Positions 20,197-32,224 of a DNA stretch of 64,000 nt are shown piece by piece. Both the position numbers and the translations under genes were made by a program. Source of the DNA: an uncultured Alphaproteobacteria bacterium. Lineage in GTDB: Bacteria; Pseudomonadota; Alphaproteobacteria; Rhizobiales; Xanthobacteraceae. Location: the NCBI GenBank assembly GCA_963808205.1, contig CAWEER010000005.1, positions 402,835-466,834 of the forward strand, written 5' to 3'. Within the stretch, counting starts at the first letter, position 1. Each line of letters starts with the position of its first letter. The notes under the pieces were generated by a model. That model was not told the origin of the DNA. It saw nothing but the letters and a program-made list of their open reading frames with translations, and ran no database searches.

Positions 20197-21309
20197 CTAG
20201 GCCGTAATCCGTTCCAGCTCGCCGATCACCGCTTCGCCCATTGCACTGGTGCTGACGATCGTCGCGCCATCCGACTTGATGTCGGCGGTGCGCAGCCCCC
20301 TGGCGAGGGTCGCTGAAATTGCCGCGTCGAGCTGATCGGCTTCCTTGCCCATATTGAACGAATAGCGCATCGCCATGCCGAACGACGCCAGCATGGCGAT
20401 GGGATTGGCCATGCCCTTACCGGCAATGTCGGGCGCCGAGCCGTGCACCGGTTCGTACATCGCCTTGCGCCGCCTGGTCTTGGCATCGGTCTCGCCGAGC
20501 GAGGCCGACGGCAGCATGCCGAGCGAGCCGGTCAGCATCGCCGCAACGTCGGACAGCATGTCGCCGAACAGATTGTCCGTGACGATGACGTCGAACTGTT
20601 TCGGCCAGCGCACGAGCTGCATGCCGCCGGCATCCGCCAGCATGTGTTCGAGCTGTACGTCCTTGTATTCGCGCGCATGCACCTCATCGACGACCTCGTG
20701 CCACAGCACGCCGGTCTTCATTACGTTGCGCTTTTCCATCGACGTGACTTTATTGCGCCGCTTGCGCGCCAGCTCGAAGCCGACCCGCGCGATGCGCTCG
20801 ATCTCGTAGGTGTCGTAGACCTGCGTGTCGACGGCGCGCTTCTGGCCGTTGCCGAGATCGGTGATGGTTTTCGGCTCGCCGAAATAGACGCCGCCCGTGA
20901 GCTCGCGCAGGATGATGATGTCGAGCCCATCGACCGCCTCGCGCTTGAGGCTCGAGGAATCCGCAAGTGCCGGATAGACGATCGCCGGGCGGATATTGGC
21001 GAACAGCCCGAGATCCTTGCGCAGCCGCAGCAGGCCGGCTTCCGGCCGCGCCTCGTAGGGCACCTTGTCCCATTTCGGGCCGCCGACGGCGCCGAAGATC
21101 ACGGCGTCTGCCGCGTGCGCCTTGGCCACGGTCTCGTCGGTGACGGCGACTTTGTGCGCGTCATAGGCGGAGCCGCCGACGAGGCCTTCTTCGGTCTGGA
21201 AATTGGCGGTGCCTTTCCTGGCGTAGAAACCAAGAAGCCGTTTCACCTCGGCCATGACCTCAGGGCCGATGCCGTCGCCGGCAAGAAGAAGGAGCTTATG
21301 GGTTGCCAT
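20197..21309 (-). CDS. leuB: 3-isopropylmalate dehydrogenase
   Basis: ORF 20197..21327, ATG 21309. [18 protein letters not shown]...[12 protein letters not shown]...NLFGDMLSD...[10 protein letters not shown]. Confidence 0.96.
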   Translation of the reverse strand: MATHKLLLLAGDGIGPEVMAEVKRLLGFYARKGTANFQTEEGLVGGSAYDAHKVAVTDETVAKAHAADAVIFGAVGGPKWDKVPYEARPEAGLLRLRKDLGLFANIRPAIVYPALADSSSLKREAVDGLDIIILRELTGGVYFGEPKTITDLGNGQKRAVDTQVYDTYEIERIARVGFELARKRRNKVTSMEKRNVMKTGVLWHEVVDEVHAREYKDVQLEHMLADAGGMQLVRWPKQFDVIVTDNLFGDMLSDVAAMLTGSLGMLPSASLGETDAKTRRRKAMYEPVHGSAPDIAGKGMANPIAMLASFGMAMRYSFNMGKEADQLDAAISATLARGLRTADIKSDGATIVSTSAMGEAVIGELERITA

Positions 21310-21411
21310 GAATGACGCCTCGTACAATGAGGCGACGATTGCTAAAGGGCCGCGTCAGGCTTGGCAAGCCACGCGGGGCTGCGACGAGGACGATGATTCA
21401 AGACGAAAAAT

Positions 21412-22188
21412 TCAGAGACCGCTGAACCAGTTATAGCCCTGGTTTTCCCAATAGCCGCCGGCGTCGTTGTTCTGCACATACATCGCGGTGACGTATTTCG
21501 GATTCTTGAATCCGAGTTTGGTGGGGATGCGGATCTTCACCGGAAAACCGTAGGCGGTCGGCAGCGTCTTGTTATCGAACTTCAGCGTCAATTGCGTTTG
21601 CGGATGCAGTGCGGTCGGCATGTCGATGGTGTTGGAATAGCCTTCCGCGCACTGGAACCAGACGTATTTGGCCGTCGTGTCGGCGCCGATCATTTTGAGG
21701 AAATCGGACAGCCTCACGCCCTGCCAGGAACCGATCGCGCTCCAGCCTTCGACGCAGACATGACGCGTGATCTGCGACACCTCGGGTAGCTTGTTCAACT
21801 CGGCCAGCGTCCACGGCTTCTTGTTGTCGACGAGCCCGCCAATTTCGAGCTGCCAGTTGTCGCCGTCGATATCGGGCGCTTCGTCCACGGAATAATAGGC
21901 GTTGAACGGAAATGGCCGGGTGATCGCGCTCTCCGGATATTCCGGAGCCAGCGTCGTCTCGCTGAACAAGAGAGCCTGGACGCGATCGTTGAAGCGCGAA
22001 ATGACGCGCAGCACGTTTTCCGACGTCGGTCCGTCGATGATGTCGCAGCCAGTCAGCATCGACAGCGCACCAAGGCTCACCGCGCCGCGCAGAAACCGCC
22101 GCCGCGACGATTGCGGCAACAGCTTCGCCGCGTCCTTGATCAGGAGTTTTGGATCGACGCCCGGAAGCTGTTTTCGCGGCTTGGACAT
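21412..22188 (-). CDS. Sulfite-oxidase-family molybdopterin-dependent oxidoreductase (YedY/MsrP-like), Tat-exported
   Basis: Tat motif SRRRFLRGAVSLGALSMLTGC. HVCVEGWSAIGSWQGVRLSDFL is typical of the Mo-binding domain. Confidence 0.8.
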   Translation of the reverse strand: MSKPRKQLPGVDPKLLIKDAAKLLPQSSRRRFLRGAVSLGALSMLTGCDIIDGPTSENVLRVISRFNDRVQALLFSETTLAPEYPESAITRPFPFNAYYSVDEAPDIDGDNWQLEIGGLVDNKKPWTLAELNKLPEVSQITRHVCVEGWSAIGSWQGVRLSDFLKMIGADTTAKYVWFQCAEGYSNTIDMPTALHPQTQLTLKFDNKTLPTAYGFPVKIRIPTKLGFKNPKYVTAMYVQNNDAGGYWENQGYNWFSGL

Positions 22189-22197
22189 TGTCCGCCC

Positions 22198-22836
22198 CTA
22201 ACGCCCAAGGACCATCGCGCGCAGGCTTTTTGGCACCAGCAGCGCGAGCACGATATGGACCGCAAGAAACGCCACGATCGAAGACATGGCGAAGAAGTGG
22301 ACGTATCGCGCAAAATCGTAGCCGCCGAACAGCGCGGTGAGATATTTGAACTGGACCGGTTTCCAGATCGAAAGCCCGGACAGCACGATCACGACGCCGG
22401 CGAGAATGACGCCGAGATAAAGCAGCCGCTGCACCGCGTTATAGACCGACAGGTCATCATGCGACAGCTTGCCTCGCAGCGCGGCGGCAAAATCGTGTGC
22501 CACGTCGCGCGGCCGGATCGGTAACAGTTTGTGGCGAAAGCGCCCGGTCGCAAGACCGAGCGTGACATAGACGAGCCCGTTGATCACGAGGAGCCACATG
22601 GCGGCGAAGTGCCATAGCAATGCGCCGGCGAGCCATCCGCCAAGCGTGATTTCCGTTGGGAAGTGAATGAAGCGAAACAGCGGCGAGGCGTCGTAAACCT
22701 GCCAGCCCGAGCCGATCATCATGAAAATCGCGAGCGCATTTATCCAATGCGTCACGCGCACCCAGCGGGGATGAATCAGCGGTCCCGCAGCGCTACCGGC
22801 CGCGATGGACGAATGGCTCGTGGCTTCGATCGTCAT
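22198..22836 (-). CDS. Cytochrome b (Ni-hydrogenase/PhsC-type b561) membrane subunit
   Basis: ORF 22198..22968, ATG 22836. HPRWVRVTHWINALAIFMMIGSGWQVY..., four TM helices with conserved His. The gene is immediately upstream of the Mo-oxidoreductase gene. Confidence 0.75.
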   Translation of the reverse strand: MTIEATSHSSIAAGSAAGPLIHPRWVRVTHWINALAIFMMIGSGWQVYDASPLFRFIHFPTEITLGGWLAGALLWHFAAMWLLVINGLVYVTLGLATGRFRHKLLPIRPRDVAHDFAAALRGKLSHDDLSVYNAVQRLLYLGVILAGVVIVLSGLSIWKPVQFKYLTALFGGYDFARYVHFFAMSSIVAFLAVHIVLALLVPKSLRAMVLGR

Positions 22837-22916
22837 AGCGCGGACTTTTAGCAAAGTGATGGGGAACGCGCGCGTCACATTCGCGTCAGCCGGAAAAGTG
22901 GCGGAAATCGGCACTT

Positions 22917-22999
22917 TCGTCATTGCGAGGAGCGAAGCGACGAAGCAATCCAGCTTCGGCACCGCCACCTGGATTGCTTCGCTATGCTCGCAATGACGA
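22917..22999. repeat. REP-like long palindrome, family B
   Basis: tcgtCATTGCGAGgagcgaagcgacGAAGCAATCCAgcttcggcaccgccaccTGGATTGCTTCgctatgCTCGCAATGacga. It is intergenic, between the cytochrome b and fasciclin genes. Confidence 0.8.
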
Positions 23000-23006
23000 A
23001 GCAGGA

Positions 23007-23582
23007 CTACGGCAGCATTACGGTGTCGATCACGTGAATAACACCGTTCGACTGCAAAACGTCCGCGATCGTGACATTGGCGACGTCGCCCTTGCTGTCG
23101 GTGACGGTGAGCTTGCCGGGGCCGGCCTGTTTCACGATCAGGTCCTCGCCGGCGACGGTCTTCAGATGAGCTTCACCCTCGCCGTCCTTGACGGCCTTCA
23201 TCAGGGCCACCGCGGTCATGCGGCCGGGCACGACGTGATAGGTCAGCACCTTCACCAGCGTCGATTTGTTTTCCGGCTTGAGGAGATTGTCCACCGTGCC
23301 GGCCGGGAGCTTGGCGAATGCCGCGTTGGTCGGGGCAAACACCGTGAACGGGCCGGGGCCGGAGAGCGTATCGACAAGGCCGGCGGCCTTCACCGCGGCA
23401 ACAAGCGTGGTGTGGTCTTTGGAATTCACCGCGTTCTGGATGATGTTTTTCGACGGATACATCGGCGCGCCGCCGACGGTCACGGTCTTTTCCGACATCT
23501 GCGCGAGGACGGGCGCGGGCGCGGCGGCTGCGGCGACAGCGATAAGAGCCGCACTGGCAAACAGGGCAAAACGCTTGGACAT
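23007..23582 (-). CDS. Exported fasciclin (FAS1) domain protein
   Basis: ORF 23007..23699. ATG 23582 sits behind GGAGA. Signal peptide MSKRFALFASAALIAVAAAAAPAPVLA. FAS1 motifs HTTLVAAVKAAGLVDTL and FTVFAPTNAAF. Confidence 0.88.
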   Translation of the reverse strand: MSKRFALFASAALIAVAAAAAPAPVLAQMSEKTVTVGGAPMYPSKNIIQNAVNSKDHTTLVAAVKAAGLVDTLSGPGPFTVFAPTNAAFAKLPAGTVDNLLKPENKSTLVKVLTYHVVPGRMTAVALMKAVKDGEGEAHLKTVAGEDLIVKQAGPGKLTVTDSKGDVANVTIADVLQSNGVIHVIDTVMLP

Positions 23583-23787
23583 GGTCGTCTCCATTTGTAC
23601 TGAGGGTCGCGGCTCCGGAACCGCCGGCGACACGAAGTCACTCGCGTCGTCACAGCCAGATACGGAGGTTTTCGGCGGAGGTTTCAGCGGCCCTGTCACG
23701 GCTGCGTGAACGCTTTCCCGTCCGCGCGTGGTGGGCTATGAAGCGCGAACGCAAGGCCGGGTCCGCAGTAACAGGGTGTGTCGCAAA

Positions 23788-24837
23788 ATGTCGAAGAACA
23801 GTCCCGGCAATTTCTTTGAAGATTTCCGTATCGGCCAGATCATCCGCCACGCCACGCCGCGCACGGTTACGACCGGCGACGTGGCCCTCTATTGCGGCCT
23901 GTTTGGCGCGCGCTTTGCGGTGCAATCGTCTGACGCGTTTGCCAAGGCGATCGGCTATCCGCGCTCGCCGATTGACGATCTCCTCGTCTTCCACATCGTA
24001 TTCGGCAAGACCGTGCCCGATGTCTCGCTTAACGCGGTCGCCAATCTCGGCTACGCCAATTTCTGCTTCCGCGCCCCGGTCTATCCCGGCGATACACTTT
24101 CCGCGCAATCGGAAGTGATCGGGCTGAAAGAAAATTCAAGCCGCAAGACCGGCATCGTCTATGTCCGCACCACCGGCTACAACCAGGACCAGAAGCCGAT
24201 CCTCGAATATGTGCGCTGGGTCATGGTGCACAAACGCGACGAAGCGGCGCCCGCCCCCGGCGACCACGTGCCGCGCCTGCCGACCGCGCTCGATCCGAAA
24301 GTTTTAGGCGAGGCCTGCCCGCCGATCGATATTGCCGCTTACGATTTCACGCTCGCCGGCAGTCCCTTCAAGTTCGGCGATTACGCGGCCGGCGAGAAGA
24401 TCAATCATGTCGACGGCATGACCGTCGAAGAATCCGATCACATGATGGCGACGCGGCTTTACCAGAACACCGCGCGCATCCATTTCGACCTGTTCGCCGC
24501 CAAGCAGAACCGCTTCGGCCGCCGGCTGATCTATGGCGGCCATGTCATTTCGCTTGCCCGCGCACTGTCCTTCAACGGTCTTGCCAATGCATTTCATGTC
24601 GCAGCCATCAATGGCGGCCGCCACGTTGCGCCGCTGTTTGCGGGCGGCACCGTCTATGCGTGGTCGGAAATACTGGCGAAAGCCGAATTGCCCGGGCGGA
24701 CGGACATTGGCGCGCTGCGGCTGCGCACCGTTGCCACATGCGACAAACCGGGTACCGGGTTCCCGCTCAAAACCGGCGACGAGTACGATCCCGCGGTGTT
24801 GCTCGATCTCGATTACTGGGTGCTGATACCGCGGTGA
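23788..24837 (+). CDS. MaoC-family double hot-dog dehydratase (mesaconyl-CoA hydratase-like)
   Basis: ORF 23728..24837, ATG 23788. About 349 aa with two hot-dog halves (FFEDFRIGQ...HATPRTVT...; ...YGGHVISLARAL...). Confidence 0.75.
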   Translation: MSKNSPGNFFEDFRIGQIIRHATPRTVTTGDVALYCGLFGARFAVQSSDAFAKAIGYPRSPIDDLLVFHIVFGKTVPDVSLNAVANLGYANFCFRAPVYPGDTLSAQSEVIGLKENSSRKTGIVYVRTTGYNQDQKPILEYVRWVMVHKRDEAAPAPGDHVPRLPTALDPKVLGEACPPIDIAAYDFTLAGSPFKFGDYAAGEKINHVDGMTVEESDHMMATRLYQNTARIHFDLFAAKQNRFGRRLIYGGHVISLARALSFNGLANAFHVAAINGGRHVAPLFAGGTVYAWSEILAKAELPGRTDIGALRLRTVATCDKPGTGFPLKTGDEYDPAVLLDLDYWVLIPR

Positions 24838-24853
24838 TCTTCGGCCGCCTCCC

Positions 24854-25741
24854 CTAGACCTTCGCCTTTAGATGTTCGACAAGCTGCCGCGCATAGGTCG
24901 GCAAGTCGTCGCGGCTTCGCACACAGATCGTCAGGTCGCGCACCGCCCAGGGGTCTGACAGCGTCACCGCCTTGATTGCCATGGTCTTCGATGCCCGGCG
25001 CGCGGTGGTCTCCGGCACGATGCCGACCCCGACTTTGCATTCGACCAGCCGGCATATCGCGTCAAAACTGCGCAACTGCACGCGCAAGCGCAATGGCCGA
25101 CCGATGCGAACCGCCTTGCTGGCGAGGAAGCGCTGGATGGCGCTGGCGCGGTCGAGCCCGACGAAATCCTGCTCCAGCACCTCCTCGAAGCCGATCTTGG
25201 CGCGCTTGGCGAGCGGATGATCCTGCGCGACGACGAGCACGAAGCGGTCGCGGCGAAACGGATAGGTCTCAAGCACGCCGGCATCGACGGTGCCGGCGAC
25301 AATGCCGAGATCGGCGACACCCTCGGCGATCAGGCCGACGATCTCGTCGCTCAATCGCTCCTCCAGATCGACGCTGACATTCGGATGTTCGGCGAGGAAC
25401 GACGACAGCGCCTCCGGCAGAAATTCCGTCAGCGCATTGGTGTTCGACAGCACGCGGATCTGGCCGGCGAGGCCGCCGCCATAGGCGCCAAGATCCTCAT
25501 GCAGGCGTTCGGACTGGCGCAGGATGACGCGTGCATGTTGCAGAAGCGTGCGGCCGGCCTGCGTCGGTGTCACGCCCTGGCGCCCCCGGGTGAGAAGCGG
25601 TGCGCCCAGAACCTCCTCCATGTTGCGGATGCGTGTCGAAGCTGCGGCGAGCGCGAGATGCGCGCGCTCCGCGCCGCGGGTAATGCTGCCCGCCTCGACC
25701 ACATGACGAAACAGGCTGAGATCGGGGAGATCGAATCGCAT
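24854..25741 (-). CDS. LysR-family transcriptional regulator
   Basis: ORF 24854..25768, ATG 25741. wHTH LSLFRHVVEAGSITRGAERAHLALAAASTRIRNMEEVLGAPLLTRGRQGVTPTQAG plus a LysR substrate-binding domain. Confidence 0.9.
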   Translation of the reverse strand: MRFDLPDLSLFRHVVEAGSITRGAERAHLALAAASTRIRNMEEVLGAPLLTRGRQGVTPTQAGRTLLQHARVILRQSERLHEDLGAYGGGLAGQIRVLSNTNALTEFLPEALSSFLAEHPNVSVDLEERLSDEIVGLIAEGVADLGIVAGTVDAGVLETYPFRRDRFVLVVAQDHPLAKRAKIGFEEVLEQDFVGLDRASAIQRFLASKAVRIGRPLRLRVQLRSFDAICRLVECKVGVGIVPETTARRASKTMAIKAVTLSDPWAVRDLTICVRSRDDLPTYARQLVEHLKAKV

Positions 25742-25946
25742 GGCGGCAATCCTGCCTTCGGATTTCACGAAGTCTGGCTTAATATATTGCCCATTGTGTA
25801 TAACTTATTCAACGTTAGTCTTTCGCGTCTTACGAAGCTTGGAGCGGGCCCCAAATTCCGATCCGCGGGAATGCTGCATTGCCGCAGGCGCGCGGATTGG
25901 CTAGGAACGGTTCCAAGCTTGGTGCGCCGGCGACAAGCGAATTCGG

Positions 25947-26378
25947 ATGATGACAATGGCCGAGACACGCCCGCTCGAAGCACGCACCCCAGCCGAGCGG
26001 CCGTTATCACCGCACCTGCAAATCTACCGGCCGACGCTGACGATGATGATGTCGATCGTGCATCGCATCACCGGGTTCGGCCTTTATTTTGGAATGCTGC
26101 TCGTGGCCTGGTGGCTTAACGCCGCCGCCGGACCGAACGCCTATGCGCGATTCCAGTGGTTCGCGGGCTCCTGGATCGGCCGTCTCATACTGTTCGGCTA
26201 CACGTGGGCACTCATTCACCACATGCTCGGCGGCATCCGCCACCTGATCTGGGATACCGGCCGGGGGTTTGGACCAAGCGAGCGGGAATGGCTGGTGGCC
26301 GCCAATCTCATCGGCTCGATCACGATCACGCTTTTGCTGTGGCTTTTCATCCTCCTCACCATGGGAGGCTCGCAATGA
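25947..26378 (+). CDS. sdhC: Succinate dehydrogenase cytochrome b556 subunit
   Basis: RPLSPHLQIYRPTLTMMMSIVHRITG. First gene of the sdhCDAB order. Alternative ATGs at 25950 and 25956. Confidence 0.92.
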   Translation: MMTMAETRPLEARTPAERPLSPHLQIYRPTLTMMMSIVHRITGFGLYFGMLLVAWWLNAAAGPNAYARFQWFAGSWIGRLILFGYTWALIHHMLGGIRHLIWDTGRGFGPSEREWLVAANLIGSITITLLLWLFILLTMGGSQ

Positions 26379-26767
26379 GCGGGCCCAAGCATATCCGCAC
26401 GCCGCTGGCGCGCGTCCTCGGCCGCGGCTCCGCCAGATCCGGTACGGATCACTTCTGGCGTCAGCGGCTCACGGCCGTCGCCAACATTCCACTGACCATT
26501 GCCGCGGTGATCATCCTGATCACGCTTCTCGGCCGCAACCAGGCGGCCGTGGCGCAGATTCTGGGCTCGCCTGCCGTCGCCATCATCATGCTGCTGTTCG
26601 TTGGATCAACCACCACCCACATGAAAATCGGCATGCAGGTGATCATCGAAGATTACGTGCACGATGAATCGGCGAAGCTTACGCTGTTGATGGCGAACAC
26701 GTTCTTTTGCGTCGCCGTCGGCCTCGCCGCGATCTACGGCATCCTCAAGCTCTCGTTCGGATTGTAA
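26375..26767 (+). CDS. sdhD: Succinate dehydrogenase membrane anchor subunit
   Basis: ATG 26375 overlaps the sdhC stop (ATGA). [40 protein letters not shown]... has three TM segments. It is in frame with ORF 26156..26767. Confidence 0.9.
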   Translation: MSGPKHIRTPLARVLGRGSARSGTDHFWRQRLTAVANIPLTIAAVIILITLLGRNQAAVAQILGSPAVAIIMLLFVGSTTTHMKIGMQVIIEDYVHDESAKLTLLMANTFFCVAVGLAAIYGILKLSFGL

Positions 26768-26769
26768 GC

Positions 26770-28617
26770 ATGGCAGAAAGTGCAACGAACGGCGGCAAGA
26801 ACGGCGGCACCGCTCCCGGCATCAACGGCCGCGCCTATCCGATCGAAGACCATGTGTATGACGTCGTCGTCATCGGCGCGGGCGGCTCCGGACTGCGCGC
26901 GGTCGTTGGCTGCAGCGAAGCCGGCCTGCGCACCGCCTGCATCACCAAGGTGTTTCCGACCCGCTCGCACACCGTCGCGGCGCAAGGCGGCATCGCCGCG
27001 GCGCTCGGCAATATGGGCGAGGACGACTGGCGCTGGCACATGTACGACACGGTGAAGGGGTCGGACTGGCTCGGCGACCAGGACGCGATCGAATATATGT
27101 GCCGCGCCGCGCCTGAAGCGGTTTACGAGCTTGAGCATTGGGGCCTGCCGTTCTCGCGCCGCGAAGATGGCAAGATCTATCAGCGCCCGTTCGGCGGCAT
27201 GACCACGCATTACGGCAAGGGCACCGCGCAGCGCACCTGCGCCGCGGCCGACCGCACCGGCCACGCCATGCTGCATACGATGTATGGCCAAGCGCTGCGC
27301 CATCAGACGGAATTTTTCATCGAGTATTTTGCCATCGACCTGATCATGGATGACGATGGCCGCTGCCGCGGTGTCATTGCCATCAATCTCGACGACGGCA
27401 CGATCCACCGTTTCTCCGCGCAGATGACCATGATCGCCACCGGCGGCTATGGCCGCGCCTATGCGTCCTGCACCGGCGCGCACACCCAGACCGGCGACGG
27501 CAATGCCATGGTGCTGCGCGCGGGCTTGCCGCTCGAGGACATGGAGTTCGTGCAATTCCACCCCACCGGCATTTACGGCGCCGGCGTGCTCATTACCGAG
27601 GGCGCGCGCGGCGAAGGCGCCTACCTCGTCAATTCAGCGGGCGAACGCTTTATGGAGCGTTATGCCCCGTCGGCGAAAGATCTTGCCTCGCGCGACGTCG
27701 TCTCGCGCGCCATGACCATCGAAATCCGCGAAGGCCGCGGCGTCGGGCCGAAGAAGGATCACATCTTCCTGCACCTCGACCATCTCGACCCGAAAATCCT
27801 GGCGGAGCGCCTGCCCGGCATCACGGAATCGGCGCACATTTTTGCCGGCGTCGATCTTACCCGCGAGCCGGTGCCGATCGTGCCGACGGTGCATTACAAC
27901 ATGGGCGGCATCGCCACGAATTATCACGGCGAGGCGCTGACCAAGAAAGACGGCAACCCGGACTCGATCATTCCCGGCATGATGGCGCTTGGCGAGGCGG
28001 CCTGCGTGTCGGTCCACGGCGCCAACCGGCTCGGCTCGAATTCGCTGATCGATCTCGTCGTGTTCGGCCGCGCGGCGGCAAAGCGCTGCGCCGAAATGCT
28101 TACCCCCGACGACAAGCAGCCCGAACTGCCGAAAAACTCCGCCGAGCGCTCGTTGTCGCGGCTCGATAAATATCGCAACGCCTCGGGCGGCACGCCGACC
28201 GCGCAGCTGCGCACCAGGATGCAGCACGTCATGCAGAGCAATTGCGCGGTGTTCCGCACCGGCGAGGTGCTGCAGGAAGGCTCGAAACTGATCCACGAAG
28301 TCTATGACGGCTTTGCCGATGTGCGGGTCAGCGACCGTTCGCTGATCTGGAACTCCGACCTCGTCGAAACGCTTGAGTTCGCCAATCTGATCGAGCAGGC
28401 GGTGGTCACGATGGACACCGCGGTCAACCGCACCGAAAGCCGCGGCGCGCATGCGCGCGAGGATTTTCCCGAGCGCGACGACCAGAACTGGATGAAACAC
28501 TCGCTGTCGTGGCTCGACGTGGCAAGCGGCAAGGTAACAATCGATTATCGTCCCGTGCACACCTACACGATGACCAACGACGTCGCCTATATCGAGCCGA
28601 AAAAGCGGGTCTATTGA
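26770..28617 (+). CDS. sdhA: Succinate dehydrogenase flavoprotein subunit
   Basis: ORF 26707..28617, ATG 26770. [38 protein letters not shown]. Confidence 0.97.
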   Translation: MAESATNGGKNGGTAPGINGRAYPIEDHVYDVVVIGAGGSGLRAVVGCSEAGLRTACITKVFPTRSHTVAAQGGIAAALGNMGEDDWRWHMYDTVKGSDWLGDQDAIEYMCRAAPEAVYELEHWGLPFSRREDGKIYQRPFGGMTTHYGKGTAQRTCAAADRTGHAMLHTMYGQALRHQTEFFIEYFAIDLIMDDDGRCRGVIAINLDDGTIHRFSAQMTMIATGGYGRAYASCTGAHTQTGDGNAMVLRAGLPLEDMEFVQFHPTGIYGAGVLITEGARGEGAYLVNSAGERFMERYAPSAKDLASRDVVSRAMTIEIREGRGVGPKKDHIFLHLDHLDPKILAERLPGITESAHIFAGVDLTREPVPIVPTVHYNMGGIATNYHGEALTKKDGNPDSIIPGMMALGEAACVSVHGANRLGSNSLIDLVVFGRAAAKRCAEMLTPDDKQPELPKNSAERSLSRLDKYRNASGGTPTAQLRTRMQHVMQSNCAVFRTGEVLQEGSKLIHEVYDGFADVRVSDRSLIWNSDLVETLEFANLIEQAVVTMDTAVNRTESRGAHAREDFPERDDQNWMKHSLSWLDVASGKVTIDYRPVHTYTMTNDVAYIEPKKRVY

Positions 28618-28624
28618 GGGTCCA

Positions 28625-29404
28625 ATGGTCCAATTCACGCTGCCGAAAAATTCCAAGATCACCGAAGGCAAAACCTGGCCGCATCCGGCAAAGGCGAAAG
28701 CCGAACGCGAGTACCGGGTCTATCGCTGGAGCCCGGACGATGGCCGCAATCCGCGCGTCGATACCTATTATGTCGATACCGCCGATTGCGGGCCGATGAT
28801 TCTCGACGCGCTGATCTGGCTCAAGAACAACGTCGACTCTACGCTGACCTTCCGCCGCTCCTGCCGCGAAGGCATCTGCGGCTCCTGCGCCATGAATATC
28901 GACGGCACCAACACTCTCGCCTGCACCAAGACGATGGGCGAAGTCTCCGGCGCGGTTCGCATCTATCCGCTGCCGCACATGCCGGTGGTGAAGGACCTGG
29001 TGCCCGATCTCACCAATTTCTATGCCCAGCACGCCTCGATCGAGCCGTGGCTGCAGACCAAATCGCCGACGCCGCGCAAGGAATGGAAGCAGAGCCACGA
29101 GGACCGCGAAAAACTCGATGGGCTCTACGAGTGCATCCTGTGTGCCTGCTGCTCGACGTCATGCCCGAGTTATTGGTGGAATTCCGACCGCTATCTCGGG
29201 CCGGCCGCGCTGTTGCAGGCGCAACGCTGGCTGGTTGATTCCCGCGATGAGGCAACCGGCGAGCGGCTCGACCATCTCGAAGATCCGTTCCGCCTCTACC
29301 GCTGCCACACCATCATGAATTGCGCCAAGGCCTGCCCGAAGCATCTCAACCCGGCGAAGGCTATCGCCGACATCAAGCGCGCGCTGGTCGAGCGGCAGGT
29401 GTGA
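28625..29404 (+). CDS. sdhB: Succinate dehydrogenase iron-sulfur subunit
   Basis: [39 protein letters not shown]. Confidence 0.97.
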   Translation: MVQFTLPKNSKITEGKTWPHPAKAKAEREYRVYRWSPDDGRNPRVDTYYVDTADCGPMILDALIWLKNNVDSTLTFRRSCREGICGSCAMNIDGTNTLACTKTMGEVSGAVRIYPLPHMPVVKDLVPDLTNFYAQHASIEPWLQTKSPTPRKEWKQSHEDREKLDGLYECILCACCSTSCPSYWWNSDRYLGPAALLQAQRWLVDSRDEATGERLDHLEDPFRLYRCHTIMNCAKACPKHLNPAKAIADIKRALVERQV

Positions 29405-29407
29405 TCC

Positions 29408-29447
29408 GTCATTCCGGATTGCCGCGCAGCGGCAAGTCCGGAATGAC
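29408..29447. repeat. REP-like hairpin between convergent sdhB and argG (possible bidirectional terminator)
   Basis: GTCATTCCGGATTGCCGcgcagCGGCAAgTCCGGAATGAC is a 17-bp stem with one bulge. It fills almost the whole 45-nt gap between the two stop codons. There is no U-tract. Confidence 0.65.
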
Positions 29448-29449
29448 AC

Positions 29450-30691
<1,242 letters not shown>

Positions 30692-30947
30692 GGAAAATCC
30701 TAAAAACCGAAGCAATCCCGGGCGCCTTGCCCGAATGCGCGCGGACTATAGGGGGAAGTAAACCGGGCGCAAGCTCACCGCCCGTTGTCCGCCGCCCCAG
30801 GGTTTAGCCGGGGTCATTCCGGCATGCCCTGTTTCCAGAAAGGCGCCATGAAATTGCCGGGTCAGATCCGACGACGACGAGAGAATTGATTTCCGCACCC
30901 GAGGAACCTCTCTAGACTGACCCTGCGGATCGACCTGGGGGGGCACC

Positions 30948-32216
30948 ATGCGTTCGACGCTGACGACGATCATTCTCATCGGCATGATACTCGGCATCGC
31001 GGTCGGCTATGCCTGCCACACCTTGTGGCCCGATCCGGCAACGGCCAAAGATATCTCCGATTACATTTCGCTGATGACCGATGTCTTTCTGCGCCTGATC
31101 AAGATGATCATCGCGCCGCTCGTGTTTTCGACGCTGGTCGTTGGCGTGGCGCATATGGGCGATCCCAAGATCGTCGGCCGCATCGGCGCCAAGGCGATGC
31201 TGTGGTTCGTCTCGGCCTCGCTGGTGTCGCTCCTGCTCGGCCTGGTGCTGGTCAACGTCCTGCGCCCCGGCGACCACCTCAACCTGCCGCTCCCCGACGC
31301 GCAGGCCTCGACCAATCTCAAGGTCGCGTCATTGTCGATGAAGGATTTCGTCACGCATCTCGTGCCGCGCTCGATCGTCGAAGCGATGGCGAACAACGAA
31401 ATCCTGCAAATCGTCGTGTTCTCGCTGTTCTTCGGCGTCGCCTGCGCCGCGCTCGGCGAACGCGCGAACAAGCTGGTCGAAGGCATCGAGCAACTCTCGC
31501 ACGCCATCCTCACGATCACGGGCTATGTGATGAAGCTCGCGCCGCTCGCGGTATTCGCGTCCATGGCGGCGATCATCACCACGCAGGGACTCGGCATCCT
31601 GGTGACTTACGGCAAATTCGTGCTGGAGTTCTATTTCGGCCTTGCTCTGCTGTGGAGTCTGCTCGTCGTCGTCGGCTACCTTTTCTTCGGCAATCACGCG
31701 ATACGTCTCATCACCCTCGTGCGTGAGCCGTTCCTGCTGGCGTTTTCGACCGCCAGCAGCGAAGCGGCTTACCCCAAGATGATGGAGCAGCTCGAGAAGT
31801 TTCCCATCAGCAAGAAGATCATCAGCTTCGTGCTGCCGATGGGCTATTCATTCAATCTCGACGGCTCGATGATGTACTGCACCTTCGCGACCATGTTCAT
31901 CGCGCAGGCCTACAATATCCAGTTGGGGCTGGGGCAGCAGATCACGATGTTGCTTTTGCTGATGCTCACCAGCAAGGGCATGGCCGGCGTGCCGCGCGCC
32001 TCGCTGGTCGTCATTGCGGCGACGCTCGCCAGCTTCAATCTTCCCGAGGCCGGGCTCCTTCTGATCATCGGCATCGATCAGTTCCTCGACATGGGCCGTT
32101 CCGCGACCAATGTGATCGGCAATTCGCTCGCCACCGCCGTCGTCGCGAAATGGGAGGGCGAGAAAATGCATCCCCCTGTCGCGCCGGAACCAATCGTCGC
32201 ACCGCAGGCCGCTTGA
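30948..32216 (+). CDS. Dicarboxylate/amino acid:cation symporter (DctA/GltP family)
   Basis: 422 aa with 8-10 hydrophobic segments. Family-typical FLRLIKMIIAPLVF, SSEAAYP, GMAGVPRASL. Confidence 0.88.
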   Translation: MRSTLTTIILIGMILGIAVGYACHTLWPDPATAKDISDYISLMTDVFLRLIKMIIAPLVFSTLVVGVAHMGDPKIVGRIGAKAMLWFVSASLVSLLLGLVLVNVLRPGDHLNLPLPDAQASTNLKVASLSMKDFVTHLVPRSIVEAMANNEILQIVVFSLFFGVACAALGERANKLVEGIEQLSHAILTITGYVMKLAPLAVFASMAAIITTQGLGILVTYGKFVLEFYFGLALLWSLLVVVGYLFFGNHAIRLITLVREPFLLAFSTASSEAAYPKMMEQLEKFPISKKIISFVLPMGYSFNLDGSMMYCTFATMFIAQAYNIQLGLGQQITMLLLLMLTSKGMAGVPRASLVVIAATLASFNLPEAGLLLIIGIDQFLDMGRSATNVIGNSLATAVVAKWEGEKMHPPVAPEPIVAPQAA

Positions 32217-32224
32217 GGCGCGTG

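Noticed and set aside
25801-25817. Dyad TAAC-N9-GTTA in the AT-richer LysR/sdhC divergent spacer, considered as a LysR operator.
   Set aside because: It gives A-N11-T rather than the LTTR T-N11-A core. It is a single occurrence with no supporting conservation data.
30842-30858. Possible sigma-54 promoter (GG...TTGC) upstream of the dctA-like gene: aGGcgccatgaaatTGCc.
   Set aside because: The GG-to-GC spacing is 14 nt instead of the canonical 12, and the flanking bases fit TGGCAC-N5-TTGC poorly.
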